From positions 18,692 to 82,691 of the forward strand of contig CAVWFD010000017.1 in assembly GCA_963754195.1 (NCBI GenBank): 64,000 nt of DNA, written 5' to 3'. A model generated the notes under the pieces. That model had not been told where the DNA came from. It worked only from the letters and a program-made list of their open reading frames with translations, and did no database searches. A program made the position numbers and the translations under genes. Each line of letters starts with the position of its first letter. The stretch's first letter is position 1. The stretch is from an uncultured Chloroflexia bacterium (GTDB lineage: Bacteria > Chloroflexota > Dehalococcoidia > Dehalococcoidales > Fen-1064). Positions 46,064 through 55,204 of the stretch are shown here, piece after piece.

Positions 46064-46981
46064 TTATTCCCGTAATTTACGGCCGGTCTTTGCCAGAAAG
46101 ACATCTTCCAGTGGCGCTTTTCTAACCGAGATGTTTTCCAGTTCGATGTGATTGTCGTAACAAAGGTTGGTCAGGTCTTTTAATATCAGCGCGACAGCCT
46201 TGGTACTGACTGAATATTTATTGATGCTGCCATTATTCAATTTGTGGATACCGGGGATATTTTTTGCCAAGCCGTCTAAAGATTTTGATGTGGAAAATTC
46301 TATGGAGGTTGCCAGCCCGGCGTTATTAATCAGATTGTCCGGGGTATCCATGGCGATGATTTTACCCTGATCGATAATGGCCAAACGATGGCATAACTGC
46401 TCCGCTTCTTCCATATAATGCGTCGTCATCACAATCGTTTTACCACGGTCTCTCAGTTTCTCGACGATACTCCAGACATTGTGCCTGGCCTGCGGGTCGA
46501 GACCGGTGGTGGGTTCATCCAGGAAAATGACTTCCGGATCGTTAACCAAAGCTAATCCCACGCTGAGACGCTGTTTCTGTCCGCCGGAGAGCTGACTGAC
46601 CACGCTATTCTTTTTCTCCGTCAGCGAAACCTCTTCCATGATTTGCGTTGCGGGAATTGATTTTCTATAATAACCGCCAAAAAGTTCGATGACTTCATTG
46701 ACGCGAATGTTATCGTAAAGGCTGGTCGCCTGTAGCTGCACGCCGATTTTTTGCTTGATACTCTCCGGTTCTTTTAAGGCATCGATACCGCAAACGGTGA
46801 TACTACCGCTGTTTGGTTTCCGCAGTCCCTCTATCATTTCCACAGTGGTCGTTTTCCCCGCACCGTTCGGACCCAGTATGCCGAACACCTCGCCGTTATC
46901 CACGTTAAAACTGACCCCATCGACGGCATTCACGTCGCTGTACTTTTTCTCCAAATTAATGACTTCGATAATGTTGCCCAT
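46064..46981 (-). CDS. ABC transporter ATP-binding protein (ABC-2/DrrA-like)
   Basis: GPNGAGKTT, LSGGQKQRL and IFLDEPTTGLD. Start taken at MGNIIEV (46981), after AAGGAG. Confidence 0.9.
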   Translation of the reverse strand: MGNIIEVINLEKKYSDVNAVDGVSFNVDNGEVFGILGPNGAGKTTTVEMIEGLRKPNSGSITVCGIDALKEPESIKQKIGVQLQATSLYDNIRVNEVIELFGGYYRKSIPATQIMEEVSLTEKKNSVVSQLSGGQKQRLSVGLALVNDPEVIFLDEPTTGLDPQARHNVWSIVEKLRDRGKTIVMTTHYMEEAEQLCHRLAIIDQGKIIAMDTPDNLINNAGLATSIEFSTSKSLDGLAKNIPGIHKLNNGSINKYSVSTKAVALILKDLTNLCYDNHIELENISVRKAPLEDVFLAKTGRKLRE

Positions 46982-47158
46982 CTTTCTCCTTTTGCATCGA
47001 ATAAAATTTGGATTAGCAGAAATTTTTGTTACCGTAGTACCGTCCTCCTTTATATACTTCAAGTGCATTGTTTATTTAAGTATAAAAAGAAATCCCCCCA
47101 TATACGCCGTGCGTTCGGGGGGATTCGGTACTGGTGAGCTAACCAGATTAGATACTGG

Positions 47159-47800
47159 TCACTTGACCAAGTGGTGTTTCACTGCCAGGGCTACGGCTTC
47201 GGTCCGGCCGGTAACTCCCATCTTGGACAGGATGTTACTGACATGAAATTTGACCGTCGACTGGCTCACAAACAGACGTTCTGCAATTTCGTTATTGGAT
47301 AGCCCTTCTACCATTAAAGCCAGTATTTCCTTCTCGCGGCCGGTCATATCCTGATATGTCGGGGAAGGTTCGTTAACATTTTTAATCAGAACCTGTGCGG
47401 CTTCCGGCGAAAGACTCGGCTGTCCGGCAACGGCTCTGCGCACCGCATTCACCAGTTCTTCCGCCGAGACATCTTTAAGGAGATAACCGTTGGCGCCAGC
47501 TTTGAGTGCCCCTTCCACATATTCCTTTTCTTTGAAACTGGTCAAGGCGATAATCTGGATTTGCGGCCAGCGCACTTTGATGGCCTTAATCGCAGTGACC
47601 CCGTCCATCTTAGGCATCAGCAAATCCATTAATATCACATCGGGTTGCAGACGTTCGCAGAGCCGGATAGCTTCTTCTCCATCTCCTGCCTCACCGACCA
47701 GCTTCAAATCATCATATACCGATAATACGGTACCCAGTCCGCTCCGTACAACCATGTGGTCGTCCACGAGTAAAACTCTAATTGGATTTGATTGTGTCAT
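47159..47800 (-). CDS. NarL/FixJ-family response regulator (REC plus LuxR HTH)
   Basis: VLLVDDH, PDVILMDLLMP and C-terminal LTGREKEILALMVEGLSNNEIAERLFVSQSTVKFH. Confidence 0.9.
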   Translation of the reverse strand: MTQSNPIRVLLVDDHMVVRSGLGTVLSVYDDLKLVGEAGDGEEAIRLCERLQPDVILMDLLMPKMDGVTAIKAIKVRWPQIQIIALTSFKEKEYVEGALKAGANGYLLKDVSAEELVNAVRRAVAGQPSLSPEAAQVLIKNVNEPSPTYQDMTGREKEILALMVEGLSNNEIAERLFVSQSTVKFHVSNILSKMGVTGRTEAVALAVKHHLVK

Positions 47801-49326
47801 TTTGACACCTCCTCGGCATTCTCCTTCCAGGTAACGGTTATTTCGGTACCTTCCCCAACCTTACTATCAATTTTCAATAACGCGCCGATTTTATTTGCCC
47901 GTTCGTTCATATTACCTAATCCGAAACTACCCGGCGCTACCTGCGTTGTATCGAAACCATGACCGTTATCGATAATTTGCATCGAAATCTGATGCAGCTC
48001 GCAATGCAAAGTGATTTGCGCGCGGTTGGCTCCTGAGTGTTTGGCAATATTGTTTAATGCTTCCTGAGCAATACGGTAGAAGGCGATTTTCACATCAGTG
48101 GGAATGACACAAGTTCCCTCGACTTCCAGTGCCACGGGTACGCGTGCCCGACCGATAACCGATTCCGAAAGTTGCCGTAATAAGTCACTTAATTCGGCAT
48201 CGGCCAAGGCGGCAGGACGTAACTCGAAGAGCAGTGTCCGCATCTCTGCCAGAGCGCCGCGTGTTAACTGCCGGACTTCTTCTAATTTTTTTAAACCTTC
48301 GTCTTTATTACGCTCCCACAATCGTGGTAATACCTCAGCAATCAGGCTGGTGGAAAAAAGCGTCTGGCTGACCGCATCATGCAGGTCACGGGCAAGACGG
48401 GTACGTTCTTCCTCGGCTGTTTTTTCCTTCAGCTGCTGGGCAGCCTGGTCCTCGGCCTTCTTTTGCTGGGTGCTGTCAATCCCGATACATAAAACTTCTT
48501 TCAAATTGTTTGCCTCGTCAAATATGGGCTTGTACGTCCAGGTAATCCAGACTTTCTCTCCGTTTTTCCGCAGGTTCTCCTGTTCGTAATGCAGATATTT
48601 CCCGGGGGATGCGGCGATATCTTGAACCATTTTATCAGGGATTTGACCGGCTGATGGGAAATAAGGCAAAATCGTCCCGGACATGTTGTGTCCCATGATT
48701 TCCTTTTCGTCGAATCCGAAAAACTCCAATGCAAATTTATTCGCGAATGTAATATCACCCTTAGTATCGACTTCCAAAATCACACTGTTTGCGTTATCGA
48801 TAATATGACGGTATTTTACTTCACTTTCGTACAGATTTTCCTGGGTGGTTTTCCGTTTCTCAGATTCACGTTGGGCGAACCAGGAGAAGAAAAGTACGGC
48901 AACACCGGCAATAACCAGTCCTACCGGCCAGGCAGCACTGAAGTTTAACAGAAATCCGAGACCGATAAACAGGAGAACTAATCCCGGAATAAGCCGGCTG
49001 ACGGTAAACGTACGGGGTAAAGAGCTAAAGTAATTTACGATCGATTGGATGATGAAAATTGACCCCAGCCCGATGAGAAAATACTTCCAGATGTCGGCGG
49101 TCTCTATCCATTGTTGCTTAGCGACAATGATGAGCACCGCCCAAAGTATGAGCATCAATCCCCAGAAAACGGAACGGTTAGGGCGGGGTTTCTTCTTCCT
49201 TTTTAGTCTTCTTTCTTTTCGTAAACGCCAAAGTTCTTCATGCAGATCCTTTATTTTTTGGTCTGTATGTGACGAATCACTTTCGATTTCATATTCATTA
49301 TCATCCGTGGTTTTTGTGTCCGGCAT
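47797..49326 (-). CDS. Sensor histidine kinase (membrane N-terminal module, PAS, HisKA_3, HATPase_c)
   Basis: H-box LARDLHDAVSQTLF, N-box QEALNNIAKHS and G-box DNGHGF...GLGNMNERA; 4-nt overlap with the regulator gene. Confidence 0.88.
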   Translation of the reverse strand: MPDTKTTDDNEYEIESDSSHTDQKIKDLHEELWRLRKERRLKRKKKPRPNRSVFWGLMLILWAVLIIVAKQQWIETADIWKYFLIGLGSIFIIQSIVNYFSSLPRTFTVSRLIPGLVLLFIGLGFLLNFSAAWPVGLVIAGVAVLFFSWFAQRESEKRKTTQENLYESEVKYRHIIDNANSVILEVDTKGDITFANKFALEFFGFDEKEIMGHNMSGTILPYFPSAGQIPDKMVQDIAASPGKYLHYEQENLRKNGEKVWITWTYKPIFDEANNLKEVLCIGIDSTQQKKAEDQAAQQLKEKTAEEERTRLARDLHDAVSQTLFSTSLIAEVLPRLWERNKDEGLKKLEEVRQLTRGALAEMRTLLFELRPAALADAELSDLLRQLSESVIGRARVPVALEVEGTCVIPTDVKIAFYRIAQEALNNIAKHSGANRAQITLHCELHQISMQIIDNGHGFDTTQVAPGSFGLGNMNERANKIGALLKIDSKVGEGTEITVTWKENAEEVSK

Positions 49327-49413
49327 TTCTCTTCACCACACTCAATTAAGTAGGGTAATTATAGCATGTAAATAATTCGTTTTTACATAAGCTATAATTA
49401 CCCTCTTTCCCAG

Positions 49414-49869
49414 TCACCAGCAAAACCGGAATAAGCAGGCAACTCCGACTCCGATAATCACGATGGGCCACCACTGGCTGAAACCTACCAGAAATAAAAT
49501 GCCGAGAACTACCAGGGCCATACCCCAAATGAATCGGACGCGTCTCCAATGGCGGTATTCCGGCATGGCTTGACGTTCAACCAGCCAACTGACCATCATA
49601 ATCGCGCCCAGACCGATAAGCAGCCATTTCCACCAGTTATCGCCGGATATCCAGCTCATTTGATTCGCCAGGAACAAGGCGCCAACGAGAATCAAGGCAA
49701 GACCCGGGAATAAACCGCGGAAAGGATTTTTCTGCATCGCTTCCCGTCTTTTCTTACGCCACTCCCAACGCTCTTTCCAACGTTGTTCCCGCCAGTCTTG
49801 ATAGGCAGGTTCCTCAGTTCCGGGATTGGAGCTTGTCTGTGACTTGTTTTCCGAATTATTGTCTACCAT
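49414..49869 (-). CDS. Membrane protein paralogous to the N-terminal membrane module of the adjacent kinase
   Basis: WRKKRREAMQKNPFRGLFPGLALILVGALFLANQMSWISGDNWWKWLLIGLG parallels kinase residues RLKRKKKPRPNRSVFWGLMLILWAVLIIVAKQQWIETADIWKYFLIGLG. Confidence 0.5.
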   Translation of the reverse strand: MVDNNSENKSQTSSNPGTEEPAYQDWREQRWKERWEWRKKRREAMQKNPFRGLFPGLALILVGALFLANQMSWISGDNWWKWLLIGLGAIMMVSWLVERQAMPEYRHWRRVRFIWGMALVVLGILFLVGFSQWWPIVIIGVGVACLFRFCW

Positions 49870-50125
49870 TTTCTACCTCCGTTATTATATATTCGAAAAA
49901 TGATTTACTCTGAGCTTGATACTTCAGGAAGAAGTAAAACCAATCCTGATGTCGGTCTTTCCGGTCTTGATTGTCAGCATCTCTAACCCTGGAGTTAGAA
50001 TCTACTTTTAATTGGTTTTCCAGATTACTATCCGGCATCTTTAGCCTTCCCTTCTCCGATACTTTCAGTGTACGCAAAGTACTAAGAAATAACGCTGTTC
50101 CTGTAACGGGATTATCGATAGACAA
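49856..50125 (-). CDS. Hypothetical small protein
   Basis: 89-aa ORF overlapping the downstream gene start; no recognisable motifs. Confidence 0.25.
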   Translation of the reverse strand: MSIDNPVTGTALFLSTLRTLKVSEKGRLKMPDSNLENQLKVDSNSRVRDADNQDRKDRHQDWFYFFLKYQAQSKSFFEYIITEVENGRQ

Positions 50126-50310
50126 GAGGCCAGTCTTTTACTGGTCACATGGGGAGGGAAACCGAATAAACCCTATTATCAAATGAAGGACGCAGAACAT
50201 ATTACTAGAGCGTAGCGGAGAGTAACTCCTTATGGTTCACACGGAGACCCTTCATCTGCTTGGGGCAGATTCAGGGCGATAAATTGGGGCGAATTCGTTT
50301 CTATTCTCGT

Positions 50311-50340
50311 TTGACAAATTCCGCTTCAGAAAAATATACT
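50311..50340 (+). promoter_or_regulatory. Candidate promoter giving a leaderless or near-leaderless methyltransferase mRNA
   Basis: TTGACA-18 nt-TATACT, ending 3 nt before ATG 50344 and 9 nt before ATG 50350. Confidence 0.4.
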
Positions 50341-50343
50341 TAT

Positions 50344-51045
50344 ATGCAAATGACGGACTCTGGTAATGCCACGCCTTTTATCCCGGAAGTATACGATGCT
50401 GCAGTCCGGCAGGTGATGCCGTTTTATGACACAATTCATTCGGAAGCAATAGACCTTGTCAGAACGGTAAAACCGGATGTCAAACAATGGCTGGATACCG
50501 GTTGCGGGACCGGGAATTTGGTGGAAAAGGCATTACCGTTTTTTTCGGAAACAACTTTCATCCTGGCGGACCCTAATGTACCCATGCTAAGACAGGCAGA
50601 AGACCGTTTGAAAACTTTACCACAGAACCGCCTCAGATTCCTGCCGCCGACATCCAGCGATGGCTTGTTGGCTTATGAGGACACATTAAAACCGCAAGTA
50701 ATTACTGCCATTTTATGCCACCACTATTACAATCGAGAACAGCGGCGGGCGGCCACTGCTGTCTGTTATCAATTGCTGGATGCAGGTGGGGTGTTCATCA
50801 CATTTGAAAACATCATGCCGGATTCTCAACAGGGTACACAAATCGGGCTCGAACGCTGGAAACGGTTTCAGATTGAGCACGGTCGGGAAAGAATTATGGC
50901 GGAGAAACACACGAAACGCTACGGCTCTGAGTTTTTTCCGATTAAAATAAACGAGCATATCGAATTACTCAGGGAAACCGGATTTAAGACGGTAGAGCTC
51001 TTCTGGCGGTCTCATGTACAGGCCGGCTTTTATGCCATCAAATAA
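50344..51045 (+). CDS. Class I SAM-dependent methyltransferase
   Basis: WLDTGCGTGNLVE motif I. Start taken at ATG 50344 or 50350 rather than the track TTG at 50260. Confidence 0.75.
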   Translation: MQMTDSGNATPFIPEVYDAAVRQVMPFYDTIHSEAIDLVRTVKPDVKQWLDTGCGTGNLVEKALPFFSETTFILADPNVPMLRQAEDRLKTLPQNRLRFLPPTSSDGLLAYEDTLKPQVITAILCHHYYNREQRRAATAVCYQLLDAGGVFITFENIMPDSQQGTQIGLERWKRFQIEHGRERIMAEKHTKRYGSEFFPIKINEHIELLRETGFKTVELFWRSHVQAGFYAIK

Positions 51046-51238
51046 TTTAGTGTCCCTGATGTTTTTCCTTCATCTTTTCTCTTTAAGTCTGATTTTCTTT
51101 TTGCTTTGTTTAATCGATTGTTTAGTTAAATATGTTATAAAGCTTTAGTGAACTACCGACAATAAGAATATAGGCAACACGGCCTCAAATATTATAGAAT
51201 CTTAGAATATTCGATTGTATTGTGAATAGTGCAAGGAG

Positions 51239-51457
51239 ATGAAATTAGTGAAGAAGCAAATACTCCCAACGACCTTCGGTTCAATCCCCAGTCTGGTTGT
51301 GGGAATAGTAGTCAGCGCACTGGGAATTGTCGGATTGATAATCAATTTCCCTTACATCAGGATTTTCTGTGCGGTGATATTACTCGTGCTGCTGGTACAC
51401 TGCATTGATATGATATTGATTATCATAAGAAAAAATAAACAAAAGAAAACCGATTGA
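51239..51457 (+). CDS. Small two-TM membrane protein (hypothetical)
   Basis: 72-aa hydrophobic ORF after AAGGAG. Confidence 0.3.
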   Translation: MKLVKKQILPTTFGSIPSLVVGIVVSALGIVGLIINFPYIRIFCAVILLVLLVHCIDMILIIIRKNKQKKTD

Positions 51458-51462
51458 AGGCT

Positions 51463-52425
51463 CTATACCCATTTTTTCAGCCATTCCAGCATCTTTTCCG
51501 GTTTGGCAGCAAAATAGTTGTAAGATTCAAATCGGCGCGCAGTGTTTTCTATCCAAAAGAATTCCTTGGGATTATCTGGGGTGTTTTTGTAGAAACCTTC
51601 GATATCGCTCAACTCCGTCCAGGGGTCATTTCTAGCCTGGACATACATCGTCGGCACCTTGATATCCCTTGCGTACTCCCGGGGAGACATTTGGGCCAGA
51701 GGATAGGCGCCCTGCCAGACAACCCATTTTTTTACCATTGGCATGAATAGTTTGGAGCCGAAAGAAGTGATAAATTTGCCGATATAAGTGCGAATAAAAA
51801 CTTCCATAGAAATCGGTTGTACTGCGAAAAGACACTTAACATTTTTAAACGCTTCGGGGTTCTTACTCATGGCGATAATAGTAGAATTGGCACCCATGCA
51901 GAAACTGACAAATCCGATAGTCGCATTCTTCAAATCGTCTCTGCTGCTAATAAAATCCAGTGCTGCTACGACATCCTGATATTCTTTCAATCCGATGCTG
52001 GCGATACCTTTATTCGGATTAGGCCCGCTTTCGCCGTGATTACGAAAATCAAACATCAGCACCCAATATCCTGCTTTGTGTAAATGTTCCGCTGTTTTCA
52101 GGAATTCGATTTCTTTGTTGTAGAGTTTGGTCAGATTTTTATATGACGCCACAGAACCATATTTTGTCAGACCGGCGACATGAGTCATTATTATCAGTTT
52201 GTTTGTATTACCGGGGATCAGCCAGCCTTTAATATTGACACCATCGGTTGCCTTGAACTCAATATTTTCAAAATTCATCCCGTAGTCACTGGGATTTTTA
52301 GATATCGGCTGGCGGTTCTGATGAATAGCGAAATAGGCGATAATACAAACAAGAATAAAATAAATCAGTGCTAAAACTACGATACCAATGACAGCTATGA
52401 GGAACATCATCATGCCCATCTCCAC
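51463..52425 (-). CDS. Alpha/beta-hydrolase fold protein with N-terminal TM anchor and a Cys at the nucleophile-elbow position
   Basis: N-terminal hydrophobic helix, HGESG-type segment FRNHGESG, and an elbow reading VSFCMGAN (S-x-C-x-G). Confidence 0.7.
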   Translation of the reverse strand: MEMGMMMFLIAVIGIVVLALIYFILVCIIAYFAIHQNRQPISKNPSDYGMNFENIEFKATDGVNIKGWLIPGNTNKLIIMTHVAGLTKYGSVASYKNLTKLYNKEIEFLKTAEHLHKAGYWVLMFDFRNHGESGPNPNKGIASIGLKEYQDVVAALDFISSRDDLKNATIGFVSFCMGANSTIIAMSKNPEAFKNVKCLFAVQPISMEVFIRTYIGKFITSFGSKLFMPMVKKWVVWQGAYPLAQMSPREYARDIKVPTMYVQARNDPWTELSDIEGFYKNTPDNPKEFFWIENTARRFESYNYFAAKPEKMLEWLKKWV

Positions 52426-52495
52426 TATGAGTCATCATTTTTCACCATATTGTAGCATATTAAAATAGGTGAGTCAGGAAGGAATCAGTTGATAC

Positions 52496-53758
52496 TCAAC
52501 TTCGTTCCGGATAAGGCAACTTGCCCGGTGCGGTTTCTTTCTCTACGACATGACGGCGCATTGCTGCATCGGCGAGTGAGTATCCCCAGTTGATTAATCG
52601 TTCCTGTTCATCGGCACTAAAGCGGTTTAGGCGTGTGCGAATTCGGGCTAAAGAGTGCGTTGCTTTATTATCATCAAGAAGCGGTGGCGGGCAGCCGTAC
52701 ATTTCAAGATGATAATCGCGGATATGGGTGCTGATACCCCAATAAGTGCCTCTTACCAGTCCATTCTTCATATCGTTAATCAACCATCGCTTGCGCAGAG
52801 CGCGAGCTTGCTCCGTCAGAATACTTACAGCTCTCAACGAGCGTGCCAGTTCGCTCAATTTAAATCCTAATGAATTTTCAGAGATACGGAATGGTGCACC
52901 GGCATCACTGACCAGCACCGTGGCATAACGGTCCCAGACCCTTTCCAGCCCGAGATTATCATAAACTCCTCCGTCAGTCAGGTAAAGTGATTTTCGTAAC
53001 CGAGATTTATTGAAAACACGTTTGTCTTTATAGTTCTCATCATTTTCCCAATCTTTCCAATCGTAAGGATCGAGTTTAATTATCAAAGGGGACAGGATTG
53101 GCGGTAAAGCGCAGGAAGCCGCGACAATAGTAGCCAATTCAATCTGCGGCGACTCTATCCTACCCAAATGATAATCAGCCAGATAGAGGCGGGCGAAACG
53201 GACACTGGCGCCGGTTTGCAGGTTTGTGGCGTAAATCGTAAAACGTGGTCCTAGATCATCTGAAGGGAGGTCTTGCAGTGTCTTTTCCCCAAATAATTCT
53301 TTTCGGTAATGAGAAGCGATGTAATCTATCGGGCGGTGAAAAGGGTCGAGGAATCCTGCAATAACACTGCCGATATCGATTGTCCTTGAGCAAAGGGATC
53401 TTATAGGCGGAACAATTTCATCAACAAAATTAGAGGCTACCCCATTATCCTCGAAGTGGAGATGGTTCCAGCAAAGCCCCAGATAGCCGGCGGTGATCGA
53501 ACCCCCGGATACGCTCGTTATTTCGGCAATACGTTTCAGCCAACCAAGTTCGTTAAGCCTCCACAGACTGCCTAAATGGAATAATGCAGCCCTGAAACCG
53601 CCGCCGGATAAAGCAAGCCCGGTATATTTATTTCTGAGCTTTGCGCCGCAATTCGAACAATTTGTTATTTCCCCGATTTCCTTTATTTGCGTATAATCGA
53701 TCTCACAATTTACACAATAATTCAGTCGGGTATCACCTTGATAAAAACTCTCGTTCAT
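52496..53758 (-). CDS. Patatin-like phospholipase with N-terminal zinc ribbon
   Basis: CVNC...CSNCG ribbon, GLALSGGGFRAA oxyanion motif, SVSGGS nucleophile elbow and LTDGGVYDNLG catalytic Asp. Confidence 0.8.
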   Translation of the reverse strand: MNESFYQGDTRLNYCVNCEIDYTQIKEIGEITNCSNCGAKLRNKYTGLALSGGGFRAALFHLGSLWRLNELGWLKRIAEITSVSGGSITAGYLGLCWNHLHFEDNGVASNFVDEIVPPIRSLCSRTIDIGSVIAGFLDPFHRPIDYIASHYRKELFGEKTLQDLPSDDLGPRFTIYATNLQTGASVRFARLYLADYHLGRIESPQIELATIVAASCALPPILSPLIIKLDPYDWKDWENDENYKDKRVFNKSRLRKSLYLTDGGVYDNLGLERVWDRYATVLVSDAGAPFRISENSLGFKLSELARSLRAVSILTEQARALRKRWLINDMKNGLVRGTYWGISTHIRDYHLEMYGCPPPLLDDNKATHSLARIRTRLNRFSADEQERLINWGYSLADAAMRRHVVEKETAPGKLPYPERS

Positions 53759-53957
53759 GCAAATTCACTTCATCCCTAAAACCAGTTTCGAAACAAAGTA
53801 ATATTACGTCAGTAATATTTATCCCTCAATAATGTTTTGTCATGGTTTTGGGAAAAGCCGGAAGTAGCGTCGTATTTTTCTGTAAATAAATCTATTTCGC
53901 AAGCATAGTTTATTATTTGCAAGTTAAATTGTTTTGTGTTAACATGGTAAAACAATA

Positions 53958-54148
53958 GAATATTGCAGGAGACTCAGAGTGCAAGCCCGGTGTAAATCCG
54001 GCGCAGTACCGCCTGCTGTAATCCCGGTTTATTCGGGAAAGCCAGAACGCTGAGTACACCAATTCCTCCGCGGGAAAGGAGGTGGGATACAAATCAAGCT
54101 GATCGTAAATCCCCCTCTATCGTATTTTGAGGGGGATTTTCTTTTTTA
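53958..54148 (+). promoter_or_regulatory. Cobalamin (B12) riboswitch with intrinsic terminator
   Basis: GCCCGGTGTAAATCCGGCGCAGTACCGCCTGCTGTAA core, an AGCCAGAAC B12-box-like element, and the terminator aatccccctc...gagggggatt plus a T-run at 54108-54148. Confidence 0.7.
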
Positions 54149-54186
54149 GACCAATAGCGGAATCAGTTGATAAAAAGGTAGCTGTG

Positions 54187-55104
54187 ATGAAACTCTTTCG
54201 AGTGATTATGGTTTTAGCGGTTTTCTGTCTTTTGGTCCTGGCCGGTTGTTCCCGGTCAATTCAAAAAACTCCGCCGTCGAATACATATACGGACGATATC
54301 GGCAGAACGGTACAAATTACCGGTATTCCGCAGCGTATTATTTCCCTCTCTCCAAGTAACACAGAAATGGTCTATACTTTGGGGCTTCAAGACAGACTGG
54401 TCGGGGTGACAAGGTACGATGATTACCCGCCTGATGCTAAAAACAAACCCATCGTCTCCGATTATAGCACCGTTGATTTGGAAAAAATCGTCGCCGCCAA
54501 ACCTGACCTGGTACTAGCCGATAGCATTCAGAAAAATGACACGATTCCCGCATTGGAAAAACTGGGTATCACTGTTTATACAATGAGCCCGAATAACATG
54601 GCTGGGATTCTCAATGATTTAACCATATTAGGTCAGATTACCGATAAAACAAAAGAAGCTGATGTTCTGGTTTTCAACCTGAAAAACAGAATTCAGGCAG
54701 TGACTGATAAAACCGCCAAATTTACGGATTCTCAGAAACCGCGTGTCCTTTTTGTTACCTGGTATGACCCAATCTGGACAGCCGGCAGCGATACCATGAT
54801 TCAATACCTGATTGATACGGCCGGAGGTGTTAATATTGCTGCCGACCTCAAGGGCTATACCACTATTACGTTGGAGTCTGCCATTCAACGAAACCCGCAG
54901 GTGATTATAGTTATGAGCAGTATGGGCACCGATAATACGTCTCTAGATTACATTAAATCGAACGACCAGTTTAAGGCGACTGATGCTGTGAAGAACGGTC
55001 AGGTTTATGAAATCGATGCCGATATTTTCGGACGTACTACACCGAGAATCGTCGACGGTCTGGAAACGCTGGCGAAATTATTGCATCCGGAACTTTTTAA
55101 ATAG
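54187..55104 (+). CDS. btuF: ABC transporter periplasmic cobalamin/corrinoid-binding lipoprotein (BtuF-like)
   Basis: Lipoprotein signal MKLFRVIMVLAVFCLLVLAGC and a class-III binding protein (RIISLSPSNTEMVY...). The track TTG at 54127 lies inside the riboswitch terminator. Confidence 0.85.
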   Translation: MKLFRVIMVLAVFCLLVLAGCSRSIQKTPPSNTYTDDIGRTVQITGIPQRIISLSPSNTEMVYTLGLQDRLVGVTRYDDYPPDAKNKPIVSDYSTVDLEKIVAAKPDLVLADSIQKNDTIPALEKLGITVYTMSPNNMAGILNDLTILGQITDKTKEADVLVFNLKNRIQAVTDKTAKFTDSQKPRVLFVTWYDPIWTAGSDTMIQYLIDTAGGVNIAADLKGYTTITLESAIQRNPQVIIVMSSMGTDNTSLDYIKSNDQFKATDAVKNGQVYEIDADIFGRTTPRIVDGLETLAKLLHPELFK

Positions 55105-55117
55105 AGGAGAGAAATGG

Positions 55118-55190
55118 TTGAGTTTTCTCCCTCACCCTAACCCTCTCCCTCGTCGGGAGAGGGCACTAGGCTTAGAGAGGGATAGTAATT
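55118..55190. repeat. Family-C hairpin repeat element
   Basis: ttctccctcaccctaaccctctccctcgtcgggagagggcactagg... Confidence 0.5.
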
Positions 55191-55204
55191 AATAAGGAAG
55201 AAGT

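Noticed and set aside
54127-54186. The TTG 54127 start for the BtuF-like gene.
   Set aside because: That codon lies inside the riboswitch terminator hairpin. ATG 54187 begins a canonical lipoprotein signal peptide.
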